From the NCBI GenBank assembly GCA_030065155.1, contig JASJDI010000003.1, forward strand, positions 962-64,961: 64,000 nucleotides of DNA, read 5' to 3'. This document shows positions 1 through 9,036 of the stretch, in pieces. Each line of letters opens with the position of its first letter. Position 1 is the first letter of the stretch. The position numbers were made by a program, and so were the translations under genes. The notes beneath the pieces were generated by a model. It saw only the letters and a list, made by a program, of their open reading frames with translations, ran no database searches and was not told the DNA's origin. The DNA is from Xenococcaceae cyanobacterium MO_188.B29. Lineage in GTDB: Bacteria > Cyanobacteriota > Cyanobacteriia > Cyanobacteriales > Xenococcaceae.

Positions 1-118
1 TCGTACCGCTTGCTTTTCCATTAAGTGTAATTTTCAATAGAATTTTGCCATTACATTCAATACTTCTATCTATATTGGATAGAAAAAATAAAACTAATAA
101 TTAACAACTACAAATAAA

Positions 119-2359
119 GTGAACGCTAACAACATAATTCAACCCAAATTAGCTACTTTAATTCTTGCAGGAATTATGATCTTAGCAGCTTTTATTGTTG
201 CTCTTTGGGCTATTGGAGTAGGTCAAATCCAGGATATTTTTGCTTATCTTGATTTACTCCAAGAAAGTCCACCGATGTGGGTAGAAGCCCCAAGGGTTAT
301 GGGAGAATTTTTACTAACACCAACTATTTTATTGTTTTTACTAGGACTAATTATAGTTAAAGCTTATCCAGAACCCAAAGGTTGGATAAGAAGTTTAGTA
401 ATACTTATTTTATTAGGTTTAATTATTCGTTATTTGCTATGGCGATCGCTTTCTACTCTCAATCTTAGTAATCCTCTAGATGGTATATTTAGCATAGGTT
501 TATTTGGTTTGGAATTGCTAGTAATTTTTAGTAGTAGTTTGCAACTATTTTTAATGCTTAAAGTTAAAAATAGACAAAGAGAAGCAGATCGATTATCAAG
601 GCAAATTATCGAGGGTGAATTCAAACCTAATGTTGATATTTTCATCCCTACTTATGATGAGCCAGAATTTATTTTAAAAAGAACTGTAATTGGTTGCCAA
701 GCAATTAACTATGAAAACAAAAAAATATACCTATTAGATGATACCAGAAGATCACAAATCAAACAGTTGGCAGCAAAATTAGGTTGTGAATATCTCACTC
801 GCCCTGATAATCTTCATGCCAAAGCTGGCAATATTAATCATGCTATTCCTTTAACCACAGGGGAATTTATTGTTATTTTTGATGCCGATTTTGTACCAAC
901 ACGTAATTTTTTAGAGCAAACTTTAGGCTTTTTTCAAGATAAAAATATTGCTTTAGTCCAAACTCCACAAAGTTTTTATAATACCGATCCTATTGCCCGA
1001 AATTTAGGATTAGAAGACGTTTTAACGCCAGAAGAAGAAGTTTTTTATCGTCAGTTACAGCCAATTAAAGATGCTGCTGGGAGTGTAGTTTGTTCGGGTA
1101 CATCTTTTGTAGTTAGACGCAAAGCTTTAGAATCAATTGGTGGTTTTGCTACTGATTCTTTAAGTGAAGATTACTTCACAGGAATTAGATTATCTGCACA
1201 AGGATATCGTTTAGTTTATTTAGATGAAAAATTAAGTGCAGGTTTAGCAGCAGAAAATATATCTGCTCATGCTACTCAAAGATTGCGTTGGGCAAGGGGA
1301 ACTTTACAGGCATTTTTTATCAAGTCCAATCCACTGACTATTTCTGGATTAAATTTATTACAAAGATTAGCCCATTTAGAAGGCTTACTTCATTGGTTTA
1401 CGAGTATTGCTAGTGTCTTTTTCTTATTAATGCCTATCGCCTATGCTTTCCTAGACATTATTCCTGTTCGAGCTACTTTTGATGAATTTCTCTATTTCTT
1501 TTTACCCTACTATGTAACGCAAATAACAGTATTTTCTTGGTTAAATTATCGCTCTCGTTCAGCAATTTTGTCGGGTATTTATGGCTTAGTATTAGCTTTT
1601 CCTTTAGCTTTAACAGTCATTCAAGTAATGATTAATCCTTTTTCTAAAGGGTTTAAAGTAACTCCTAAAGGAACCAAGAGCGAGCGATTTTCTTTTAACT
1701 GGAAATTAGCTTCTCCTCTATTAGTTTTATTTGTCTTTACTGCTATCAGTTTGTGGTCAAATTTGTGTGCTTGTATCTTAGCAGAAATGGATGGTGGTTA
1801 TACTGAGCAATTGTATGGGCTAAGTTTAGGTTGGATATGGAGTACTTATAATCTAATTACTATTGGAGGTGCATTATTAATTTTATTAGATGTACCCAAA
1901 CCAGATTTACACGAATGGTTTAACCTGAGAAGATTAATCAAAATTCAACTTAATTATCCAGAAGATAAGCCTCAAATATTTTGGGGAGTCACGACAAGCA
2001 TATCGGAAGTTGGTGCAGATATTTCTTTAACCCAAACAGGAATGCCCAGGCTGAGTAAAGGTGAAACTCTTCCCATGGTATTATCCATATTGGAAGAAAA
2101 TATTGTTTTACCAGCTAAGATTATCGAAACTGGATTTGGTGAAGACTTTCCTAATATCAGGGTAAGATTTGAAGAGTTAACTTTAGAGCAAGAAAGACAA
2201 CTAGTAACACTTCTATTCTGTCGTTCAGGACAATGGCAAAAACGCAATAGCCCAGGAGAATTGCGCTCGCTTTGGCTGCTGTTGAAGATTTTACTACGAC
2301 CCAAAATCTTATTTGAACGCGATCCCAAAATTAATGCTATCAAAGTTGCTCAAGTTTAA
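119..2359 (+). CDS. BcsA-type cellulose-synthase-like processive GT2 glycosyltransferase with C-terminal PilZ-like domain
   Basis: 746-aa ORF (GTG start at 119; internal ATG alternatives exist). Multiple TM helices. GT2 motifs in the translation: LLDDT, FDADF, QTPQSF, SEDYFTG, QRLRWARG (QxxRW). The last ~120 aa are beta-rich with RRLIK ... SISEVGA, which is PilZ-like. Confidence 0.85.
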   Translation: MNANNIIQPKLATLILAGIMILAAFIVALWAIGVGQIQDIFAYLDLLQESPPMWVEAPRVMGEFLLTPTILLFLLGLIIVKAYPEPKGWIRSLVILILLGLIIRYLLWRSLSTLNLSNPLDGIFSIGLFGLELLVIFSSSLQLFLMLKVKNRQREADRLSRQIIEGEFKPNVDIFIPTYDEPEFILKRTVIGCQAINYENKKIYLLDDTRRSQIKQLAAKLGCEYLTRPDNLHAKAGNINHAIPLTTGEFIVIFDADFVPTRNFLEQTLGFFQDKNIALVQTPQSFYNTDPIARNLGLEDVLTPEEEVFYRQLQPIKDAAGSVVCSGTSFVVRRKALESIGGFATDSLSEDYFTGIRLSAQGYRLVYLDEKLSAGLAAENISAHATQRLRWARGTLQAFFIKSNPLTISGLNLLQRLAHLEGLLHWFTSIASVFFLLMPIAYAFLDIIPVRATFDEFLYFFLPYYVTQITVFSWLNYRSRSAILSGIYGLVLAFPLALTVIQVMINPFSKGFKVTPKGTKSERFSFNWKLASPLLVLFVFTAISLWSNLCACILAEMDGGYTEQLYGLSLGWIWSTYNLITIGGALLILLDVPKPDLHEWFNLRRLIKIQLNYPEDKPQIFWGVTTSISEVGADISLTQTGMPRLSKGETLPMVLSILEENIVLPAKIIETGFGEDFPNIRVRFEELTLEQERQLVTLLFCRSGQWQKRNSPGELRSLWLLLKILLRPKILFERDPKINAIKVAQV

Positions 2360-2387
2360 TAGCAATAGCTTGTGAATTCTATTCATA

Positions 2388-2418
2388 ATTAGGGGCAAGG
2401 CACTACCTTGCCCCTAAT
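2388..2418 (+). terminator. Perfect 13-bp inverted repeat hairpin downstream of the GT2 gene (possible terminator or small palindromic element)
   Basis: attaggggcaagg / cacta / ccttgcccctaat, 29 nt after the stop codon. No clean T-run follows, so terminator function is uncertain. Confidence 0.4.
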
Positions 2419-2637
2419 GTTTATTTAATTATTGGTTGACATTAGGATGTAGTGTAATAAAAAAGCGGAACTATGTATTAAACCTCTAGTCTTTAACAAT
2501 ATATTAGCTGTCACTAAGAACAAAATCGTATCTTGTTAGGATGGGATTGTGTGACAAAAAAGGTATATTGGCTAGTAATAAAAGCAAATGTGTATTCCCT
2601 TATATCTCTAGAGTCAATCTTTTGCAACTACTTAACT

Positions 2638-3714
2638 ATGTCAGATTTAGAGCCAAATTATAGCAACTTATTTCCTATTGTTACTCCTCAAGGAAATGGT
2701 TATATTAACAACACTGGACAAATTGTTATCAAACCTCAATTTACTTGGGTTGGTAATTTCTCTGAAGGGCTTGCTGCGGTAATGATGGATAATCGAATAG
2801 CATACATCGATCGCAAAGGTAAGATAGTTATTCCCCCTCAATTTGCCTATGATGAAGAAATAGATGGATTAGAATATTTTTCCGAAGGATTAGCTGTAGT
2901 ATCTTTTGGGGAGCAAGAATCAGATTTTTTTCGGAAAGGATATATTAATAAACAAGGAAAAATTGCGATCGCCCCTCAATTTTATCAAGCTTATCCATTT
3001 AGAGAAGGAATAGCAAGAGTACAATTATTCATCAAAAACCGTTTACGATTTGGTTTTATCGATCGAATGGGAAAAATAGTCTTTACTCATACTTACGCTT
3101 CTGAGGCTAGAGACTTTTCGGAAGGACTTGCTGCTGTGAAAATTGACCAAAAATGGGGCTATATTAATCGACAAGGCAACATCATCATTAAGCCTGAATT
3201 TATGGGGGCGCAGGATTTTTCGGAAGGACTTGCTGCCGTAATTGATGTAAGTGGTAAATGGGGTTATATTGATAAGACTGGTAATTTTGTGATTAAACCC
3301 AACTTTAACCATGTTTTAGAGTTTACTACTCCTCCAGGTAAATTTTCTCAAGGTTTAGCAGCAGTAGGCGCAGATAATGGTACGCGCAGATGGGGATACA
3401 TTAACAAAAGAGGAGAATTTGCTATTCAACCAAGATTTGATTCTGGCTATGCTGGATGTAGTGATTTTTCCGAAGGACTAGCTTGGGTAACAGTAGGCTG
3501 TGAACCAGAAAAACGAGATGTAACTCCAGGCAAATACGGTTATATTAATCTATCGGGAAAATTTGTAATTAAACCTATTTTTGATTTTGCTGCAGAATTT
3601 TGTGATGGATTAGCTAAAGTACAGATTGATGATTCGAGTATTTTCGATCGAGGAAAGTGGGGATATATTAATAAATCTGGTCAATTTGTTTGGGAATGGG
3701 TATATGTTAGTTAA
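2638..3714 (+). CDS. WG-repeat (KWG-type) protein
   Basis: About 9-10 repeats of the unit FSEGLAxV ... (K)WGYI(N/D)xxGxxVIxPxF. ATG at 2638 (MSDLEPNY) is preferred over the TTG at 2533 given in the ORF track. Confidence 0.8.
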   Translation: MSDLEPNYSNLFPIVTPQGNGYINNTGQIVIKPQFTWVGNFSEGLAAVMMDNRIAYIDRKGKIVIPPQFAYDEEIDGLEYFSEGLAVVSFGEQESDFFRKGYINKQGKIAIAPQFYQAYPFREGIARVQLFIKNRLRFGFIDRMGKIVFTHTYASEARDFSEGLAAVKIDQKWGYINRQGNIIIKPEFMGAQDFSEGLAAVIDVSGKWGYIDKTGNFVIKPNFNHVLEFTTPPGKFSQGLAAVGADNGTRRWGYINKRGEFAIQPRFDSGYAGCSDFSEGLAWVTVGCEPEKRDVTPGKYGYINLSGKFVIKPIFDFAAEFCDGLAKVQIDDSSIFDRGKWGYINKSGQFVWEWVYVS

Positions 3715-3760
3715 TATCTCCATTTGAACAATTAACAGAAACAGACAAAAAACAAAAGTA

Positions 3761-3790
3761 ACTCCCTACTCCCTACTCCCTACTCCCTAC
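3761..3790. repeat. Heptanucleotide tandem repeat (actccct x ~4.3), STRR-like
   Basis: actccct repeated head-to-tail at 3761-3788 plus a partial unit. Overlaps the stop codon and last codons of the minus-strand methyltransferase gene. Confidence 0.9.
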
Positions 3791-4580
3791 TTATCTGTTG
3801 TCTTCTGGCTTCATATAAAATTAGAGCAGCACATATAGCTACATTTAAAGACTCTACCCCCGACATTAAAGGGATTTTAATTTGTTCTTGAGCTAAAGCC
3901 GTTAGTTCTGTTGATAATCCTGCTCCTTCGTTACCCAATAAAATCAGCGTAGGGCGACTATAATCTATTGACCAATAAGTTTTGGTGGCTTGGGGTGAAG
4001 TAGCAATTATTTGTAATCCTTGTTGCTGATGGGCTGTAACTACCTGCTTTAGATTGCAATCGATCGCCATAGGCAATTTAAACCATTCTCCTACAGAAGC
4101 TCTTAAAACCTTAGGATTATCAAAACCTACACTATCCTCACTCAACCATAAACCATCTACACCACTAGCTACCGCAGTACGGATGATTGTACCCAAATTA
4201 CCAGGGTCTTGTAATTTTTCGATCGCCAATCCTAGTTTGGTTGTATTTACTTGGGGTGTTTGTCTGGTTTTTCTTGGTGCTGTAGCAACAATACCATCAG
4301 GATTAACCGTTGTCGCGATCGATTGCAGGACTTCTAGATTAACTAATTCTAATCTTTCTGCTTTATTCTCAATTTCCTGCCATAATTGGGGATGATTTTC
4401 TTGCCATTGAGGAGTATAACAAACTGTTTCGAGACTATAATCTGTTTCACAAGCAGCTTTAATCAAATTTGTTCCTTCTAATAGCAACAAATCTTGCTTC
4501 TGTCGTTCTTTGCTCCGATGCAGTTTACGTATTTTTTTAATGAGAGGATTTTTGTTGCTGGTTAAGATTTTGTTTGTCAC
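3780..4580 (-). CDS. SpoU/TrmH-family RNA 2'-O-methyltransferase (RlmB-like)
   Basis: 266 aa. SpoU motifs LQDPGNLGTIIRTA, LLGNEGAGLS, IPMSGVESLNVA. Confidence 0.85.
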   Translation of the reverse strand: MTNKILTSNKNPLIKKIRKLHRSKERQKQDLLLLEGTNLIKAACETDYSLETVCYTPQWQENHPQLWQEIENKAERLELVNLEVLQSIATTVNPDGIVATAPRKTRQTPQVNTTKLGLAIEKLQDPGNLGTIIRTAVASGVDGLWLSEDSVGFDNPKVLRASVGEWFKLPMAIDCNLKQVVTAHQQQGLQIIATSPQATKTYWSIDYSRPTLILLGNEGAGLSTELTALAQEQIKIPLMSGVESLNVAICAALILYEARRQQISRE

Positions 4581-4627
4581 TACCTATTGACGGATAAGGA
4601 ACAACAAGGTAATACTTAGTTGCTGAG

Positions 4628-4712
4628 TGCGGAACTCGGGACTTGAACCCGAAAGTTCTAAGTGAACACTAGAACCTGAATCTAGCGCGTCTACCAATTC
4701 CGCCAGTTCCGC
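4628..4712 (-). tRNA. tRNA-Leu (anticodon CAG), class II with long variable arm
   Basis: Reverse complement reads GCGGAAC-TG-GCG GAATTGGTAGA CGC-G-CTAGA TTCAGGT TCTAG-(variable arm GTTC..GAAC)-TCGGG TTCAAGT CCCGA-GTTCCGC-A. The 7-bp acceptor stem pairs perfectly. T-loop is GGTTCAAGTCC. CCA is not encoded. Confidence 0.9.
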
Positions 4713-4814
4713 TTTTATATTTACAAACACAAATTCCTATTATCGTTTTAGCTCTCGATTTTGTCAAGCAAAATCTAATATTTATTACCACGTTCATGTT
4801 GAGATTGTGAGGAT

Positions 4815-6149
4815 ATGACCATCAAAATTAACATAGCCGAAACCAGAACTAAATCATCAGAAGAGCCTCCCTTTTTAGAAATTCAGGGTCGTAAAAAATT
4901 GAGTGGAGAAGTAAAAATAAGTGGAGCCAAAAACTCTGCTCTAGCTATTATGGCTGCTTCTTTACTTTGCCAAGATGATTGTCGTCTACGCAACATTCCT
5001 TCCCTAGTAGATATTAACCGGATGAGTCAGCTTTTACAGGCTTTGGGGGTTAAAGTCCACAGACAAGGAGAAACATTAGATATTAATGCCATTAATATTA
5101 GTAGTTCTCAAGCTCCTTACGAAATAGTATCTCGGATGAGAGCTAGTTTTGATGTTATTGGTCCTTTATTAACTAGACTGGGAGTAGCTCGTGTTCCTTT
5201 ACCAGGAGGATGTGCTATTGGAGCTAGACCTGTAGACCTATATCTACAAGGTTTACAAGCAATGGGAGCTAGTGTCCAAATTGAATCTGGTGGTATTGTT
5301 TACGCTTGCGTCCCCAGCAAAAGCGGGAGACTACAAGGAGCAGAAATTTATCTCAACAAGCCTAGTGTTGGTGCTACTAAAACCATTATGACAGCAGCAA
5401 CTTTAGCAGAGGGAGAAACAAAAATTGAGAATGCAGCTCAAGAGCCAGAAATAGTCGATTTGGCTAACTTTTGTTGTCAGATGGGAGCAAAAATTAGTGG
5501 TGCAGGAACAAATACTATTGTTATTTCAGGAGTCGATCGCTTACAATCAGTAGACTATTCGATTATACCCGATCGCATCGAAGCAGGAACATTTTTGGTA
5601 GCAGGAGCAATTACCCACTCGGATATTTCCCTCTATCCAGTTATTCCTGAGCATTTGATGCCTGTGATTGCCAAACTTAACTCTATGGGTTGTCGTATCA
5701 TCACAGAAGGTAGCGATCGTTTGCGGATCATGCCTGGCAATTTAAAAGCGGTAGATATAGAAACTTTACCCTACCCTGGTTTCCCTACTGATATGCAAGC
5801 TCCCTTTATGGCACTACTTAGTATTAGTGAAGGAAATAGCATAATTAGCGAAACTATCTTTGAAAATCGTTTTCGGCATGTAGCTGAGTTAAATCGTATG
5901 GGAGCAGATATTCGAGCTAAAGGTAATCATGCTCTTATTCGCGGTGTCCCTAAGTTAGCTGGCGCGCCAGTAATGGCAACGGATTTACGGGCATCCGCTG
6001 CCTTAGTAGTAGCAGGTTTAGCAGCAGAAGGGACAACCATAGTTCAAGGGTTACATCATTTGGACAGGGGATACGACAATATCGAGAGCAAATTACAAAA
6101 ACTAGGAGCTAGCCTACAAAGAATTAACCCTGTTCAAGCAAAAAATTGA
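4815..6149 (+). CDS. murA: UDP-N-acetylglucosamine 1-carboxyvinyltransferase
   Basis: 444 aa. Typical MurA N-terminus ([21 protein letters not shown]) and the catalytic loop [13 protein letters not shown]. Confidence 0.95.
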   Translation: MTIKINIAETRTKSSEEPPFLEIQGRKKLSGEVKISGAKNSALAIMAASLLCQDDCRLRNIPSLVDINRMSQLLQALGVKVHRQGETLDINAINISSSQAPYEIVSRMRASFDVIGPLLTRLGVARVPLPGGCAIGARPVDLYLQGLQAMGASVQIESGGIVYACVPSKSGRLQGAEIYLNKPSVGATKTIMTAATLAEGETKIENAAQEPEIVDLANFCCQMGAKISGAGTNTIVISGVDRLQSVDYSIIPDRIEAGTFLVAGAITHSDISLYPVIPEHLMPVIAKLNSMGCRIITEGSDRLRIMPGNLKAVDIETLPYPGFPTDMQAPFMALLSISEGNSIISETIFENRFRHVAELNRMGADIRAKGNHALIRGVPKLAGAPVMATDLRASAALVVAGLAAEGTTIVQGLHHLDRGYDNIESKLQKLGASLQRINPVQAKN

Positions 6150-6173
6150 AGCCTATAGCTTAGAATTTCAAAC

Positions 6174-6208
6174 CGTAACTCTAAGATTTCTTTTGAGTTA
6201 CGTTTTTT
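6174..6208 (+). terminator. Rho-independent terminator after murA
   Basis: Stem cgtaactc / gagttacg (8 bp) followed by tttttt. Confidence 0.7.
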
Positions 6209-6272
6209 GTTTTGGTAGCAATCTGCAACATTCTAGTTGTCGTAATTGGGTTTGAGAATCAACCCAGATTGA

Positions 6273-6306
6273 AACTAATAACTAATAACTAATAACTAAT
6301 AACTAC
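6273..6306. repeat. Heptanucleotide tandem repeat (aactaat x ~4.8), STRR-like
   Basis: aactaat repeated head-to-tail in the murA-rubA intergenic region. Confidence 0.9.
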
Positions 6307-6354
6307 TTTATGCCATAATTCTTAATATATATTTTAAGGTTTGCCTAACAAGCA

Positions 6355-6702
6355 ATGAGCGATCGAGATCAAGAAAAAACCCTAGCTGAACAGGCTCCAG
6401 CTAGTTATGAATGCCGCTCTTGTGGCTATGTATATGAACCAGCCAAAGGAGATAATAAAAGCAAGGTTCCCGCAGGGACTTTGTTTGAAGAGCTACCAAA
6501 TGATTGGCGTTGTCCTGTTTGTGGTGTTCGCAAAACCCAATTTATCAATATCGGTGCTACTGGTGCGCCCTCTGGATTTGCTTCAAATCTTGATTATGGC
6601 TTTGGTGTCAATCGTCTGACTCCAGGACAAAAAAATATTTTGATTTTCGGTAGTCTAGCCTTAGCTTTTCTGCTTTTCTTGAGCTTATATGGCTTAAATT
6701 AA
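6355..6702 (+). CDS. rubA: Membrane-anchored rubredoxin (PSII-associated RubA type)
   Basis: 115 aa. Two CxxC pairs (CRSCG, CPVCG) and a C-terminal TM helix. Sits in the conserved position directly upstream of ycf48-psbEFLJ. Confidence 0.9.
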   Translation: MSDRDQEKTLAEQAPASYECRSCGYVYEPAKGDNKSKVPAGTLFEELPNDWRCPVCGVRKTQFINIGATGAPSGFASNLDYGFGVNRLTPGQKNILIFGSLALAFLLFLSLYGLN

Positions 6703-6755
6703 CTATCTTTTCTTTGAGGAGCGATGTAGACGGCGTGCCTTTGTGCTGTTATAGG

Positions 6756-7766
6756 ATGTTTATGAATTTATTTCTGAAAAAAATCAAACAAATCTTAATA
6801 TTACTGTCAATTTCTTTACTCTGTATTAGTTGTAGCAATCTTCCTTCTACTAGCTCTAATCCCTGGCGCGTATTAACTCTGCCTACAGAAGCCATCTTCG
6901 CTGATGTAGCCTTTACTGACGATCCTGACCATGGTTGGCTTGTGGGTACACAAGCTACTATCTTTGAGACTAAAGATAGAGGAGATACCTGGCAGGAGAA
7001 AACTATTGATTTTGGAGACGAAAACGTATCCTTTAGCGCGATTAGTTTTAATGGACAAGAAGGATGGATAGTAGGTAAGCCTTCCGTCTTACTGCATACA
7101 GAAGATGGCGGTCAAACTTGGTCTCGTATTCCTTTGAGTGCTAAATTACCTGGTGCGCCCGCCAAAATTTTGGCTCTAGCACCATCATCAGCAGAAATGG
7201 CAACGGATCTTGGCGCGCTCTATAAAACTGTGGATGGTGGTAAAACCTGGCAAGCATTAGTAGAAGGAGCAGTAGGGGTAGCAAGAAATGTTACTCGTTC
7301 TAAGGATGGTAAATATGTAGCAGTGTCTGCTCGTGGTAATTTTTACTCAACCTGGGAACCTGGTCAAACAGAATGGACTCCTCATCAACGTACCTCTTCT
7401 CGTCGTCTGCAAAACATGGGATTTGGTACGGATGAACAGCTATGGCTAGTAGCCCGTGGGGGTCAAATTCAGTTTGGTGAACCAGAAGACTTTGAAAATT
7501 GGAGCGATCCTATATATCCTGAACCTTCTACTAGTTGGGGATTGTTAGACGTTGCTTTTCGCACACCAGAAGATATTTGGGTGACTGGCGGTAGTGCCAA
7601 CTTACTCTATAGTTCCGATGGTGGTCAAACTTGGCAAAAAGATAGAGATGTAGAAGATATTCCTTCTAATTTTTACAAAGTAATTTTCGTCAACCCCAAA
7701 CAAGGATTTATCTTGGGAGAAAGAGGAATTTTACTCAAATATGAGCCATCTGTAGATGCAGCTTAA
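6756..7766 (+). CDS. ycf48: Photosystem II assembly factor Ycf48/HCF136 (beta-propeller lipoprotein)
   Basis: Repeated DGGxTW propeller motifs (TEDGGQTW, TVDGGKTW, SSDGGQTW) and a lipobox-like LLCISC. ATG at 6756 is preferred over the upstream alternative start at 6714. Conserved synteny with rubA and psbE. Confidence 0.9.
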   Translation: MFMNLFLKKIKQILILLSISLLCISCSNLPSTSSNPWRVLTLPTEAIFADVAFTDDPDHGWLVGTQATIFETKDRGDTWQEKTIDFGDENVSFSAISFNGQEGWIVGKPSVLLHTEDGGQTWSRIPLSAKLPGAPAKILALAPSSAEMATDLGALYKTVDGGKTWQALVEGAVGVARNVTRSKDGKYVAVSARGNFYSTWEPGQTEWTPHQRTSSRRLQNMGFGTDEQLWLVARGGQIQFGEPEDFENWSDPIYPEPSTSWGLLDVAFRTPEDIWVTGGSANLLYSSDGGQTWQKDRDVEDIPSNFYKVIFVNPKQGFILGERGILLKYEPSVDAA

Positions 7767-7897
7767 AAGTTAGCAGTCATTGACAGAAAAATAACTAGTG
7801 GCAGATTTAAATTTGTCTTTTGCTTGTTTAGAAACCTGTTGGTTTCGTATTATGTAAACTATGCTTTGAGTTCTTTGTTTTAAGAGGAGAATAATTT

Positions 7898-8143
7898 ATG
7901 GCAGGTACAACTGGAGAACGTCCCTTTTCTGATATTGTTACTAGTATTCGTTACTGGGTAATTCATAGTATTACTATTCCTATGCTATTCATAGCAGGAT
8001 GGTTATTTGTGAGTACTGGACTTGCTTACGATATATTTGGTACTCCCCGTCCTAATGAGTATTACACTCAAGACAGATTAGAATTACCTATTCTTAACGA
8101 TCGCTATAGTGCTAAACAACAGATAGAAGAATTTAACCAATAA
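7898..8143 (+). CDS. psbE: Cytochrome b559 alpha subunit
   Basis: 81 aa, [32 protein letters not shown]-like aagaggag lies upstream. Confidence 0.97.
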   Translation: MAGTTGERPFSDIVTSIRYWVIHSITIPMLFIAGWLFVSTGLAYDIFGTPRPNEYYTQDRLELPILNDRYSAKQQIEEFNQ

Positions 8144-8174
8144 AACTGTTTTCAAAAAAAAATAGGTGTAAAAA

Positions 8175-8309
8175 ATGACTAGTAATACCCCCAATCAACC
8201 AGTTTCATACCCCATTTTCACCATTAGATGGGTAGCAGTTCATACTCTAGCTGTTCCCACCGTTTTCTTTTTAGGTGCGATCGCAGCTATGCAATTTATT
8301 CAAAGATAG
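8175..8309 (+). CDS. psbF: Cytochrome b559 beta subunit
   Basis: Not in the ORF track (44 aa). Manual translation: [44 protein letters not shown]. Confidence 0.95.
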   Translation: MTSNTPNQPVSYPIFTIRWVAVHTLAVPTVFFLGAIAAMQFIQR

Positions 8310-8317
8310 GAGAACCA

Positions 8318-8437
8318 ATGGATAGAAATACTAATCCTAATAAACAACCAGTAGAACTAAATCGTACTTCCTTATATCTAGGATTACTTCTGATTGCTGT
8401 TCTCGGTATCTTATTCTCTAGTTACTTCTTTAACTAA
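8318..8437 (+). CDS. psbL: Photosystem II protein L
   Basis: 39 aa, [39 protein letters not shown]. This is the 3' part of track ORF 8228..8437. Confidence 0.95.
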   Translation: MDRNTNPNKQPVELNRTSLYLGLLLIAVLGILFSSYFFN

Positions 8438-8487
8438 CTAGTTCTATATTCAGTCTAATTTGTAATAGCAAGTAGGAGGTTTTAAAA

Positions 8488-8607
8488 ATGTTTGCAGAAG
8501 GTAGAATTCCTTTATGGATTGTAGCTACAGTTGCAGGTTTAGGCGTGATTGCCGTTGTTGGTATCTTTTTCTATGGTGCTTATGCCGGTGTAGGTTCCGC
8601 AATGTAG
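8488..8607 (+). CDS. psbJ: Photosystem II protein J
   Basis: Not in the ORF track (39 aa). [41 protein letters not shown] aggagg lies upstream. Confidence 0.95.
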   Translation: MFAEGRIPLWIVATVAGLGVIAVVGIFFYGAYAGVGSAM

Positions 8608-8652
8608 AATAATGTTTCGCTAAGCTATAGCTTATTAATTTCATTTAATTTG

Positions 8653-8688
8653 AAAACCGCCTGTTTTTATAACTGGCGGTATTTTTTT
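8653..8688 (+). terminator. Rho-independent terminator of the psbEFLJ operon
   Basis: accgcc ... ggcggt stem followed by atttttttt. Confidence 0.7.
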
Positions 8689-8740
8689 GGCTGTTTTTGG
8701 CGAGGGGTAGGCAACAGACAAAAAGTTTGGCGATCAATCT

Positions 8741-8770
8741 TGTAGGGGCGAACGGCGGTTCGCCCTTACA
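8741..8770. repeat. Small GC-rich palindromic element
   Basis: tgtaggggcgaac ggcg gttcgcccttaca. A 13-bp stem with one G-T pair, embedded in AT-rich intergenic DNA. Single copy in this window. Confidence 0.6.
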
Positions 8771-9036
8771 GAATTATATTTGTAGCCAATATCTAAGTAT
8801 TTCATATTAAGTACGGGAATCCACACTATCAGTAGTACCCATATATTAATCACAAAGGCTACGATGTCCAATAATTCTATATATAGGTGTTTAAAAAAGA
8901 AAAAATGAGTTGTGGACACTATATGTAGAGTTTAATACGCATTGAAAAAAAATAAAATCGACGCTAAGGGTTACTACTGATGTTTTATTTTTTTGAACCT
9001 AACTTACTAATGCAGACTACAAACAATGTTCTTTCC

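Noticed and set aside
430-2343. Antisense ORFs 430..645(-) and 1972..2343(-) inside the GT2 gene
   Set aside because: They lie fully inside a long, motif-rich plus-strand CDS. Their low-complexity translations have no motifs. These are typical shadow ORFs.
3043-4395. ORFs 3043..3312(-) and 4054..4395(+) opposite the WG-repeat and TrmH genes
   Set aside because: They are shadow frames of well-supported genes and have no independent signals.
6407-6619. 70-aa alternate-frame ORF within rubA
   Set aside because: The rubredoxin frame has both CxxC pairs and a TM anchor. The alternate frame has nothing recognisable.
8228-8317. N-terminal extension of track ORF 8228..8437 (69 aa)
   Set aside because: The extension overlaps psbF in another frame. 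The conserved PsbL sequence starts at ATG 8318.
8734-8919. 61-aa ORF(-) in the psbJ-SNF2 intergenic region
   Set aside because: Its C-terminus (…RANRRSPLQD) is simply the translation of the GC-rich palindromic element. The rest is AT-rich and low complexity.
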